From: Nitratidesulfovibrio vulgaris str. Hildenborough
GTDB taxonomy: Bacteria; Desulfobacterota; Desulfovibrionia; Desulfovibrionales; Desulfovibrionaceae
Length of the DNA stretch: 32,000 nt
Direction of reading: 5' to 3'
NCBI RefSeq assembly: GCF_000195755.1
Contig: NC_002937.3
Span: 510,001-542,000, forward strand
The notes under the pieces are model-generated. The model was not told the DNA's origin, did no database searches, and worked only from the letters and a program-made list of their open reading frames with translations. The position numbers were made by a program, and so were the translations under genes. Below, piece after piece: positions 25,062-32,000 of this stretch; the stretch's first letter is position 1, and each line of letters opens with the position of its first letter.

Positions 25062-26056
25062 CCGCCATAGCGACCATCCTCGAGACGCTTGCCACCGGGT
25101 GCGACCTGCATCCCGAGATGGCGGGCGCAGGCTTCGCCAGTCTCATGGACGGCGACATGACACCGGCGCAGGCGGGCTCGTTCCTCATGGGACTGCGCAT
25201 GAAGGGCGAGACCGCCGACGAGATGACAGAGGCCGTGCGCGCGGCGCTGGCCCGTGCAGTGACGGTGCGCGGTGTCGATGCGCCAAGCATCGACATCGTG
25301 GGAACGGGCGGCGACGGCCGTTCGTCGTTCAATTGTTCCACCGCCACGGCACTCACGCTGGCGGGCATGGGCCACAAGGTGGTCAAGCACGGCAACCGGG
25401 CGGTCTCGTCCAGTTGCGGCAGCGCCGACGCCATCGAAGGGCTGGGCCTGCCGCTGGAGGTGGACGCTGCCGACGTGCCCGCCATGCTGCATGAGCGCGG
25501 TTTCGCCTTTCTCTTCGCGCCGCGCTTCCATCCCGCCTTCAGGCACGTGATGCCCATCCGCCGCGAACTGGGTGTGCGTACCCTCTTCAACCTGCTGGGG
25601 CCGCTTCTCAACCCGGCTCGGCCTACGCACATGCTGCTTGGCGTGGCGCGCGAGTCGCTCATGCCGCTCATGGCCGAGACACTGCGGCGTACCGGCGCGG
25701 CCCGCGCTGCCGTGGTGTTCGGGGCGGGCGGCTATGACGAGTTGACGCCGCTGGGCCCCGCGCGGGTGCTGTTCCTGCGTGACGGCATCGTGTCCGAACA
25801 TGAGGTCGATCCTGCTCGCTACGGTATCGCGCCATGCACCCCCGAAGACCTCGTGGTGCGTGACAGGGAGGAGGCCGTGCGGGTGCTGCGTGAACTCCTT
25901 TCGGGCGCAGGCCCGCAGGCCATGCGCGACATGCTGGTATTCAACGTGGGCATGGCCCTGCACCTGCTGCACGACGACAGGCCCCTTGAAGACTGCATGA
26001 ACGAGGCACGCCGCGCCGTGCACGCAGGCGCGGGAAGGAAGGTGCTCCATGCTTGA
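25058..26056 (+). CDS. trpD: Anthranilate phosphoribosyltransferase
   Basis: ATG 25058 overlaps the trpG stop (ATGA), with GGAGG upstream. Motifs: DIVGTGGDG, FNCSTA, KHGNRAVSS.CGSAD, FLFAP.FHPA, LGPLLNPA. Confidence 0.9.
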   Translation: MTAIATILETLATGCDLHPEMAGAGFASLMDGDMTPAQAGSFLMGLRMKGETADEMTEAVRAALARAVTVRGVDAPSIDIVGTGGDGRSSFNCSTATALTLAGMGHKVVKHGNRAVSSSCGSADAIEGLGLPLEVDAADVPAMLHERGFAFLFAPRFHPAFRHVMPIRRELGVRTLFNLLGPLLNPARPTHMLLGVARESLMPLMAETLRRTGAARAAVVFGAGGYDELTPLGPARVLFLRDGIVSEHEVDPARYGIAPCTPEDLVVRDREEAVRVLRELLSGAGPQAMRDMLVFNVGMALHLLHDDRPLEDCMNEARRAVHAGAGRKVLHA

Positions 26057-26822
26057 ACGTTTCCGCGCCGCCAAGCGGCATGAGGTGGACAAACTGGAGC
26101 AATGCGCCCGCCGTGGCGGTCTGCCTGCGCCTTTCGCAGGCCCGCGCCCCGCGTTCGGTACTGCCCTGCGCGGCGACGGTCTTGCCGTCATCGCCGAGTA
26201 CAAGCGGGCCTCGCCCTCATGCGGGGTCATCGACACGAAGCTGACTCCCGAAGAGGTGGCCACGGCCTATGAGGCGGGCGGGGCCACCGCCATCTCGGTA
26301 CTCACCGAGGAAGTGCACTTCAGGGGTGAGCTTTCATACCTCGGCCGCATGACCGCGCCGGGTCTGCCCCTGCTGCGCAAGGACTTCATCATGCACCCCT
26401 TGCAGGTGACGGCCACGGCCGCCACACCCGCCTCGGCCCTGCTGCTCATCGTGCGCCTCACGCCCGACGCGGCCCTGTTGCGCGACCTGCGTGAACAGGC
26501 AGAGGCGCAAGGCATGGACGCCGTGGTGGAGGTCTTCGACACCGACGACCTCGACATCGCAAGGGCATCGGGGGCGCGCATCATTCAGGTCAACGCCCGC
26601 GACCTCGACACGCTCAAGGTGAGCATGCCTGCCTGCCTTGGCATGGGCGTCTTGCGCGATGCGGCGGAGACGTGGGTGGCGGCCAGCGGGATGTCTGCCC
26701 CGGAACACCTCGCCGCCGCAGCCACCGCCGGGTACGACGCGGCACTGGTGGGCACGGCCCTGATGCGCGGGGGCGACCCCGGTGCGGCCCTGCGTGCACT
26801 GCTGGGGCGGGAGGCGGCGTGA
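26049..26822 (+). CDS. trpC: Indole-3-glycerol phosphate synthase
   Basis: Motifs: AVIAEYKRASPS.G, AISVLTEE..F.G, LLRKDFI, GMDAVVEV, IIQVNARDL. It overlaps trpD by 8 nt. GGAAGGAAGG lies upstream. Confidence 0.9.
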   Translation: MLERFRAAKRHEVDKLEQCARRGGLPAPFAGPRPAFGTALRGDGLAVIAEYKRASPSCGVIDTKLTPEEVATAYEAGGATAISVLTEEVHFRGELSYLGRMTAPGLPLLRKDFIMHPLQVTATAATPASALLLIVRLTPDAALLRDLREQAEAQGMDAVVEVFDTDDLDIARASGARIIQVNARDLDTLKVSMPACLGMGVLRDAAETWVAASGMSAPEHLAAAATAGYDAALVGTALMRGGDPGAALRALLGREAA

Positions 26823-27724
26823 CGTCCCGGACGGATGTTTCGCCTCTGCTGCCCGCCCTGCCGGGGGGGATGGCGTCCCCGGCGCTGTCGCCGGATGAAC
26901 CTGATGAACCGGGTGTATCGGGGGAATCGGGTGCATCGGGTGAACCGGGTGCCAGCACGTCTCGCCAGACCCGCCTGCGGGTCAAGGTGTGCGGACTCAC
27001 CCGGCAAGAGGATGCCGCCAGCTGCGCACGTCTTGGCGTACACCTTGGCGGGTTCATCTTCCACGCGTCGAGTCCCCGAAACGTCGACCCGGCGTGCGTG
27101 GCGGACATGGACACGGGGAGGATGCTGCGGGTGGGCGTGTTCGTGCGTCAGTCCGTGGATGAGGTGGTGCGCACGATGCGCGTGGCGCGTCTGCACATGG
27201 CCCAGCTGCATGGCGGGCAGGATGTGGCGTTCTGCAAGGAACTTGTCGCGGCACTGGCAGACATCCTGCCCGAGGTGCTCTCGGGGATGTCGCCCTCGTC
27301 GGGCGGTGAACACGCCGACTCGCCGCACGACATGGCCCGTGGCCGCCTTCTGCGTGCCGTGTGGCCCGCAAGACATGCCACCACAGTGTCGTTTGAGCAT
27401 GAACTTGCGACGCTGGCCCCGTATGTCGGGCACTTCGTGTTCGATGCGGGCACTGCGGGCGGCGGTCATGGCGCGACACTGCCGTGGGATGCGCTGGAGG
27501 GGATGTCCTGCCCGCGCCCGTGGCTGCTGGCCGGGGGCCTCGGGCCGGATAACGTGGAAAGGGCCGTGCGGGCCTGTCACCCGTGGGGGGTCGATCTCAA
27601 TTCCGGCGTCGAATCGGCCCCCGGCATCAAGGACATGCAACGAATCGAAAACGCCCTCGTCGCCCTTGCGGCGTGCGGCGATGTCAGCGGGCCTGAAGCC
27701 CGCATCGGAGATGCAAGGTCATGA
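26819..27724 (+). CDS. trpF: Phosphoribosylanthranilate isomerase, unusually long (301 aa) with an N-terminal repeat extension and an internal insertion
   Basis: GTG 26819 overlaps the trpC stop (GTGA), with GGGAGG upstream. The TrpF core begins at [13 protein letters not shown] (~26975). Further motifs: [60 protein letters not shown] 26870 (MASPALS...) is another possible start. No in-frame start lies closer to the core. Confidence 0.8.
   Translation: MTSRTDVSPLLPALPGGMASPALSPDEPDEPGVSGESGASGEPGASTSRQTRLRVKVCGLTRQEDAASCARLGVHLGGFIFHASSPRNVDPACVADMDTGRMLRVGVFVRQSVDEVVRTMRVARLHMAQLHGGQDVAFCKELVAALADILPEVLSGMSPSSGGEHADSPHDMARGRLLRAVWPARHATTVSFEHELATLAPYVGHFVFDAGTAGGGHGATLPWDALEGMSCPRPWLLAGGLGPDNVERAVRACHPWGVDLNSGVESAPGIKDMQRIENALVALAACGDVSGPEARIGDARS
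26894..26956 (+). repeat. Seven tandem imperfect 9-bp repeats, codon-aligned within the trpF 5' extension
   Basis: GATGAACCT GATGAACCG GGTGTATCG GGGGAATCG GGTGCATCG GGTGAACCG GGTGCCAGC encodes [21 protein letters not shown]. Confidence 0.7.
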
Positions 27725-28908
27725 AGAAAGGTTACTTCGGCGATTTCGGCGGCAGGTTCGTGCCTGAACTGCTGATGCCGCCCCTGATGGAGATTGAGGC
27801 GGCCATGCGCGACATCATGCCCACGCAGGCATTCCGCCATGAGCTTGACGACCTGCTGCACAACTTCGCAGGGCGTGAGACCCCCCTCACCCGGTGCGAC
27901 ACCCTGTCGCGTGAACTCGGCTGCACCCTGTGGCTGAAACGTGAAGACCTGCTGCACACCGGGGCGCACAAGGTGAACAACACCCTCGGGCAGGCGTTGC
28001 TGGCCCGGCGCATGGGCAAGACGCGTCTCGTGGCGGAGACCGGCGCGGGGCAGCATGGCGTGGCCACCGCAGCGGCGGCGGCACGGCTGGGGCTGTCGTG
28101 CATCGTCTTCATGGGGGCGGTGGATGTGGAACGCCAGTCCGCCAACGTCATGCGCATGAAGCTGCTGGGGGCGGAGGTCGTGCCCGTGGAAAGCGGCACG
28201 CGCACCCTCAAGGACGCCATCAACGAGACCCTGCGCTACTGGATAGCGGAACAGGGCAGTACGCACTACTGCTTCGGCACGGCGGCGGGGCCGCACCCCT
28301 TCCCCACGCTGGTGCGCGACTTTCAGGCTGTCATCGGTCACGAGACCCGGCGGCAGATGCTGGAACGCACGGGTGCGCTGCCCGACATGGTGGTGGCGTG
28401 CGTGGGCGGCGGTTCCAATGCCATCGGCATGTTCCACGCCTTCGTGGACGATGCGGACGTGCGCATCGTGGGTGTCGAGGCCGCAGGCACGGGCGAACCG
28501 GGGTGCTACAACTCCGCACCCATCAACCTTGGGTCGCCGGGGGTGCTGCATGGCAACCGTACCATGCTGCTACAGGACGGCGACGGACAGATACTGCCGT
28601 CGCACTCCGTCTCGGCGGGACTCGACTACCCCGGTGTGGGGCCGGAACATGCCCATCTCGGGGCCACGGGGCGCGTGGTCTACGGCATGGTCACCGACAC
28701 GCAGGCGCTTGCCGCATTCAAGGCACTCACCCGCGCCGAGGGCATCATCCCCGCGCTGGAATCGTCGCACGCGGTGGCATGGGTGCTTGAGAACCCGCAT
28801 CTGCTGCCGCAGGGCGGCAATGTGGTGGTGAACCTTTCGGGACGTGGCGACAAGGATATGGACATCGTGCGGGAACACCTGTTCCCCAGCTTGGGAGGCA
28901 AGGCATGA
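27721..28908 (+). CDS. trpB: Tryptophan synthase beta chain
   Basis: [14 protein letters not shown]., [16 protein letters not shown] (PLP lysine), [10 protein letters not shown] and GGGSNAIG motifs. The ATG overlaps the trpF stop (ATGA). Confidence 0.95.
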   Translation: MKKGYFGDFGGRFVPELLMPPLMEIEAAMRDIMPTQAFRHELDDLLHNFAGRETPLTRCDTLSRELGCTLWLKREDLLHTGAHKVNNTLGQALLARRMGKTRLVAETGAGQHGVATAAAAARLGLSCIVFMGAVDVERQSANVMRMKLLGAEVVPVESGTRTLKDAINETLRYWIAEQGSTHYCFGTAAGPHPFPTLVRDFQAVIGHETRRQMLERTGALPDMVVACVGGGSNAIGMFHAFVDDADVRIVGVEAAGTGEPGCYNSAPINLGSPGVLHGNRTMLLQDGDGQILPSHSVSAGLDYPGVGPEHAHLGATGRVVYGMVTDTQALAAFKALTRAEGIIPALESSHAVAWVLENPHLLPQGGNVVVNLSGRGDKDMDIVREHLFPSLGGKA

Positions 28909-29678
28909 GCGCGTCACGTCTCGAACGGCGCATTCGCGAGGCACAGGCGGCGGGGCGTCCCGCCCTCATCCCCTTTCTGACGGCGGGCTTCCCGACGAAA
29001 GAACGCTTCTGGGATGAACTCGAGGCCCTCGACGCGGCAGGGGCCGACATCATCGAAGTGGGCGTGCCCTTCTCCGACCCCGTGGCGGACGGCCCGGTGG
29101 TGGCGGCCGCCTCGCAGCGCGCGCTGGAGTCCGGTGTGACGCTGCGCTGGATCATGGACGGACTGGCGGCCCGCAAGGGCAGGCTGCGTGCAGGGCTTGT
29201 GCTGATGGGGTACCTCAACCCGTTCATGCAGTACGGCTTCGAGCGTTTCGTGAGCGATGCGGCGGACGCAGGCGTGGCGGGGTGCATCATCCCCGACCTG
29301 CCACTGGATGAGGACGCCGACCTGCGGGCACTGCTTGCCGCGCGGGACATGGACCTCATAGCGCTGGTGGGGCCCAACACGGGCGAAGGGCGTATGCGCG
29401 AGTATGCCGCCGTCGCCTCGGGCTACGTCTATGTGGTGTCGGTCATGGGCACCACGGGCGTGCGGGACGGCCTGCCCGTGGAGGTGGCGGACACGCTGGC
29501 GCGGGCACGTCAGTGCTTCTCCATCCCCGTGGCGCTCGGTTTCGGCATCAGCCGTCCAGCGCAACTGGAGGGGCTGTCACATCCGCCCGACGCCGTCATC
29601 TTCGGTTCTGCCCTGTTGCGTCATCTCGACGCGGGCGGCGACGCCGCCTCGTTCATGAAGGCGTGGGCGGAGAGATAA
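28905..29678 (+). CDS. trpA: Tryptophan synthase alpha chain
   Basis: [39 protein letters not shown] and GFGIS motifs. The ATG overlaps the trpB stop (ATGA). Confidence 0.95.
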   Translation: MSASRLERRIREAQAAGRPALIPFLTAGFPTKERFWDELEALDAAGADIIEVGVPFSDPVADGPVVAAASQRALESGVTLRWIMDGLAARKGRLRAGLVLMGYLNPFMQYGFERFVSDAADAGVAGCIIPDLPLDEDADLRALLAARDMDLIALVGPNTGEGRMREYAAVASGYVYVVSVMGTTGVRDGLPVEVADTLARARQCFSIPVALGFGISRPAQLEGLSHPPDAVIFGSALLRHLDAGGDAASFMKAWAER

Positions 29679-29688
29679 GGGTGACTGA

Positions 29689-29722
29689 GGGCGGCCTTCG
29701 GGCCGCCCGTTTCTGTGTTGTT
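29689..29722 (+). terminator. Intrinsic terminator of the superoperon
   Basis: GGGCGGCC (29689-29696), TTCG loop, GGCCGCCC (29701-29708), followed by GTTTCTGTGTTGTT. It lies 10 nt after the trpA stop. Confidence 0.75.
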
Positions 29723-29865
29723 CCCGTTTCTTGGCCACATGGACGGGGGGCACGTCGCTGTACTGCAAGGTCGGTGCGCCATGGCGCGCGGCCTCAAGGC
29801 AGATTGAGCGTGAAGATGACCATGCCCACGCATTATCTGGGTGGATGAAGCCTTTTACAGTCACC

Positions 29866-30405
29866 TTATGCCAAGCCACCGGGGCGTGCCCTCTTGGTGA
29901 TGAATCGGGTGGCGATGCTTAAAAGAACACTGATACACAAACAAAGTATGAAGGTGACAGGCGTGGTCACGAAGATACTGCCAGCAAGGCCGTGGAGTGT
30001 GATTGAGGGAAAAGCAAGAAATGAGAAAGGTTTAAGGAAAAAGGCAGCATGCAGAAGGTATATATTGAACGTGTGCTTTGAAAGCGTTGTCAATATGCTG
30101 CATTGATGGTTGCATGTCTGCTTTATGAGCAAAAAGGCAATCGATGTGAGAGCGAATATAAGTATAGAATCTTTTGTAAGGAATTTTGCAAGATACAGTG
30201 TGTCATCATATGATGAAATGGTTGCTGTAGCGTATGTTGCGATATATGTGATTGAAAACCATTTCAATAAGGTAATGCTCTTAAATCGATTGGGGCTGAC
30301 GGCGAGATGATGTCCGGTGACAAAGTATAATCCATATACCGTGAATATGATATTCTTGACAGGAAATATAATACCTAACCACTGAGCAATGTACAGAGAT
30401 AGTAT
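29866..30405 (-). pseudogene. C-terminal fragment of an acyltransferase-3 family (OafA-like) membrane protein gene, separated from its 5' part by the IS
   Basis: The minus-strand frame is open from 30405 (directly after the TGA formed at the IS junction, complement of 30406-30408) to the stop at 29866. Product: ILSLYIAQWLGIIFPVKNIIFTVYGLYFVTGHHL...SKHTFNIYLLHAAFF.... It is multi-TM and carries acyltransferase-3-like motifs. The DNA is AT-rich. Confidence 0.65.
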
Positions 30406-31599
30406 TCACCTGACACTTGCCGTACCCGGCTGGGGCGCTGATCAGGCTGCGTAGTGTCCTTCGTTGTCTTCTTTCGGCTGCCCTTCGGGACGGCTATCAA
30501 GGAAGGCTTGATAGGGTGTCCGGCCGCTCATGTTTCTGCCTTGGTGTGCCCGCTCGTGGTTATAGTGGCGCAAGTAGGCGTCAAGGTCTGCCTGCATTTC
30601 ATCCAGAGACTCATACCAGTTTTTTCGCCCCTGAATCCTGAAATGCTCGTCGAGCAATGTCCTGTGCAGCCGCTCCACAAAGCCGTTGCTTTGCGGACGT
30701 CTGACGCGGGTTGTCCGGTGCTCGATATTTTCCAGTTGCAGGAATAGTTCGTAGGGGTGTCTGTCAGGACGCCCGCAGAATTCCCGGCCATTATCCGAAA
30801 GCACTGTGACGACCGGCGTGTCGTGCTCCTCGAAAAAGGGCAGCACGGACTCGTTGAGCATGTGTACCGCCGTAACCGGCAGCTTGCTGGTGTACAGTCT
30901 GCCGAAGGCGTAGCGGCTGTGGCAGTCGATGGCCGATTGCAGATAGATTTTCCCCACGCCCTTCAGCGTGCCTACGAAAAACGTATCCACGGCCACCAGA
31001 TCGCCGCTGCACCGGGTTTCGATATGGCGCTCCCGGAATTCCGGGCTGAATCGCTCCAAGGTGCGAACCTGGTCGTCATTCAGGGCGATTCCGGTATCAC
31101 GCACATGCCGCTCCAGGCGCAGCAGCCGTTCATGTCGGGTCAGCATCCCGTTGCGGCTCCAGACACCCCGCACGCCCCCGGAACTGACCTGAACACCTTG
31201 CAAAACCAACTGTTGGGCCACGCGGACGGGGCCATGCGTCGGAAATTCAAGGCTGTACGCCAAAATCCTATCCTCTGTCGCCTCGTCCACCCGGTTCGGG
31301 TGTGGTTCTCGTGGCCCCGGCAGGCGGTCCACAAGCCCTTCTGCGCCAAACGTCTGGTAATTACGGCGGATTTCATAGAACTGCTGCCGCGAATACCCCA
31401 TGATGCGGCACGCCTTGCTCACGTTGTCGAGTTCGCTTGCAAGCTCTAGCAGGCTCAACTTCCTTCGTGCTACCTTCTTGCCTGTGGTCATGTCGGATTC
31501 CTTGCTGGTGGTTGATGAAGCTTCGCAACCTCATCGCTACCCCAGTCGGGAACGGCATGACCACTTCCTTTTGAAGGGCCTACTGTCAGGTAATAACTA
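30400..31599 (-). mobile_element. IS481-family-like insertion sequence (~1.2 kb); boundaries approximate
   Basis: Single transposase ORF. Imperfect terminal inverted repeats TAGTATTCACCTGACA (30400-30415) and TGTCAGGTAATAACTA (31584-31599) match at 13 of 16 positions. A sub-terminal repeat, GCCGTACCCGGCTGGGG (left) versus the reverse complement of CCCCAGTCGGGAACGGC (right), is also present. GC content is clearly higher than in the flanking AT-rich gene. Both acyltransferase fragments are in the same phase, so removing 30400-31599 (1200 bp) rejoins them in frame. Confidence 0.75.
30442..31491 (-). CDS. IS481-family transposase (N-terminal HTH + DDE/integrase core domain)
   Basis: 349-aa ORF. 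N-terminal HTH region LSLLELASELDNVSKACRIMGYSRQQFYEIRRNY. The integrase-core region has D..DT...G and SDNGREF motifs, plus a ...RPQSNGFVERLHRTLLDE... segment typical of rve-domain IS481/IS3-type transposases. Confidence 0.9.
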   Translation of the reverse strand: MTTGKKVARRKLSLLELASELDNVSKACRIMGYSRQQFYEIRRNYQTFGAEGLVDRLPGPREPHPNRVDEATEDRILAYSLEFPTHGPVRVAQQLVLQGVQVSSGGVRGVWSRNGMLTRHERLLRLERHVRDTGIALNDDQVRTLERFSPEFRERHIETRCSGDLVAVDTFFVGTLKGVGKIYLQSAIDCHSRYAFGRLYTSKLPVTAVHMLNESVLPFFEEHDTPVVTVLSDNGREFCGRPDRHPYELFLQLENIEHRTTRVRRPQSNGFVERLHRTLLDEHFRIQGRKNWYESLDEMQADLDAYLRHYNHERAHQGRNMSGRTPYQAFLDSRPEGQPKEDNEGHYAA

Positions 31600-32000
31600 G
31601 CTCAGCACATCTCTCGCAATAACGACGAGCACGGGAAGAACGACCATATAGCCAATGTAAATCCACATGAACCATAAGTGGAATCCTGGGTTGCTTCCAA
31701 TATTGTAAAATACTCCAGCGAGATAATCCCGCTGATCGAGAAGAAGTATACCCAGTATTTTGTAAAGAACTAGAGAAAGTAGGGTTGGCACAACATAGCG
31801 CCAAAGCGTTTTTCTGTAGTGTTGACCGATGTCGTCGATGCGTTCAGGTATGACTGCACCGGCAAGCATGAAGAACATGGGGACTGCGAGATGGGTGATG
31901 ACGGCATTTCCCATGGCTACGAACCATAATGGTGAACCCAGAAAATTAGATACCCATGGAGAAGTGCAGTGCAAATTGATGACAGCGAAGCACGCGATAA
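31597..32000 (-). pseudogene. N-proximal fragment of the same acyltransferase-3 gene; continues beyond the right window edge and ends at a stop created at the IS junction
   Basis: The minus-strand frame is open from the window edge. Product: IACFAVINLHCTSPWVSNFLGSPLWFVAMGNAVITHLAVPMFFMLAG...NPGFHLWFMWIYIGYMVVLPVLVVIARDVLS, then TAG (complement of 31597-31599) inside the IS terminal repeat. AVPMFFM.AG and HLWFM are acyltransferase-3 hallmarks. Confidence 0.65.

Noticed and set aside
26894-26956. The tandem 9-bp repeat tract as a CRISPR or other non-coding repeat array
   Set aside because: The units are only 9 bp with no spacers. They are codon-aligned and sit inside the trpF reading frame, which is coupled to the trpC stop. 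This is a coding microsatellite-like tract, not a CRISPR array.
23627-29564. Minus-strand ORFs 23627..24445, 24285..25028, 24902..26263, 26585..27640, 27577..28551, 28745..29380 and 28914..29564
   Set aside because: They are antisense to trpE-trpA. Their translations are H/R/G/A-rich shadows without motifs.
30454-31449. Plus-strand ORFs 30454..30747, 30757..31449 and 30968..31192 inside the IS
   Set aside because: They are antisense to the full-length transposase ORF, which has a clear HTH plus integrase-core organisation.

Overview
GC-rich bacterial chromosomal window. Gene content, including an archaeal-type aroA'/aroB' pair fused to a trp operon, suggests a Desulfovibrio-like deltaproteobacterium; this is inference only, as no search was possible. 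Most long ORFs in the supplied track are antisense or off-frame shadows typical of high-GC DNA, so calls rest on protein motifs I could read myself.

Gene order, left to right:
- a very large minus-strand CheB-CheR-PAS-histidine kinase fusion that runs off the left edge
- tRNA-Leu(CAG), ribF, and a ClC channel with CBS domains
- an NPPY methyltransferase, divergent from a 1127-aa EndoQ-like PHP nuclease fused to a UvrD/Rep helicase
- a 49-aa ORF, a TIM-barrel protein, a DHH phosphoesterase, an EAL phosphodiesterase and a small membrane ORF
- an AT-rich control region
- a 12-gene aromatic amino acid superoperon: aroA'-aroB'-pheA-aroA-tyrA-trpEGDCFBA
- a low-GC acyltransferase-3 gene split by an IS481-like element, continuing off the right edge

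The most interesting signals are regulatory and absent from the ORF track:
1. A 33-codon leader ORF upstream of the superoperon contains the run YYWYFFSY and is followed by an intrinsic terminator.
2. Three consecutive Trp codons sit 11 codons before the tyrA stop. They are followed by an antiterminator/terminator pair just upstream of trpE. This implies a second, Trp-specific attenuator that uses the C-terminal tail of a full-length enzyme as its leader peptide.

The EndoQ-UvrD fusion and a codon-aligned 9-bp tandem repeat in an unusually long trpF are also notable.
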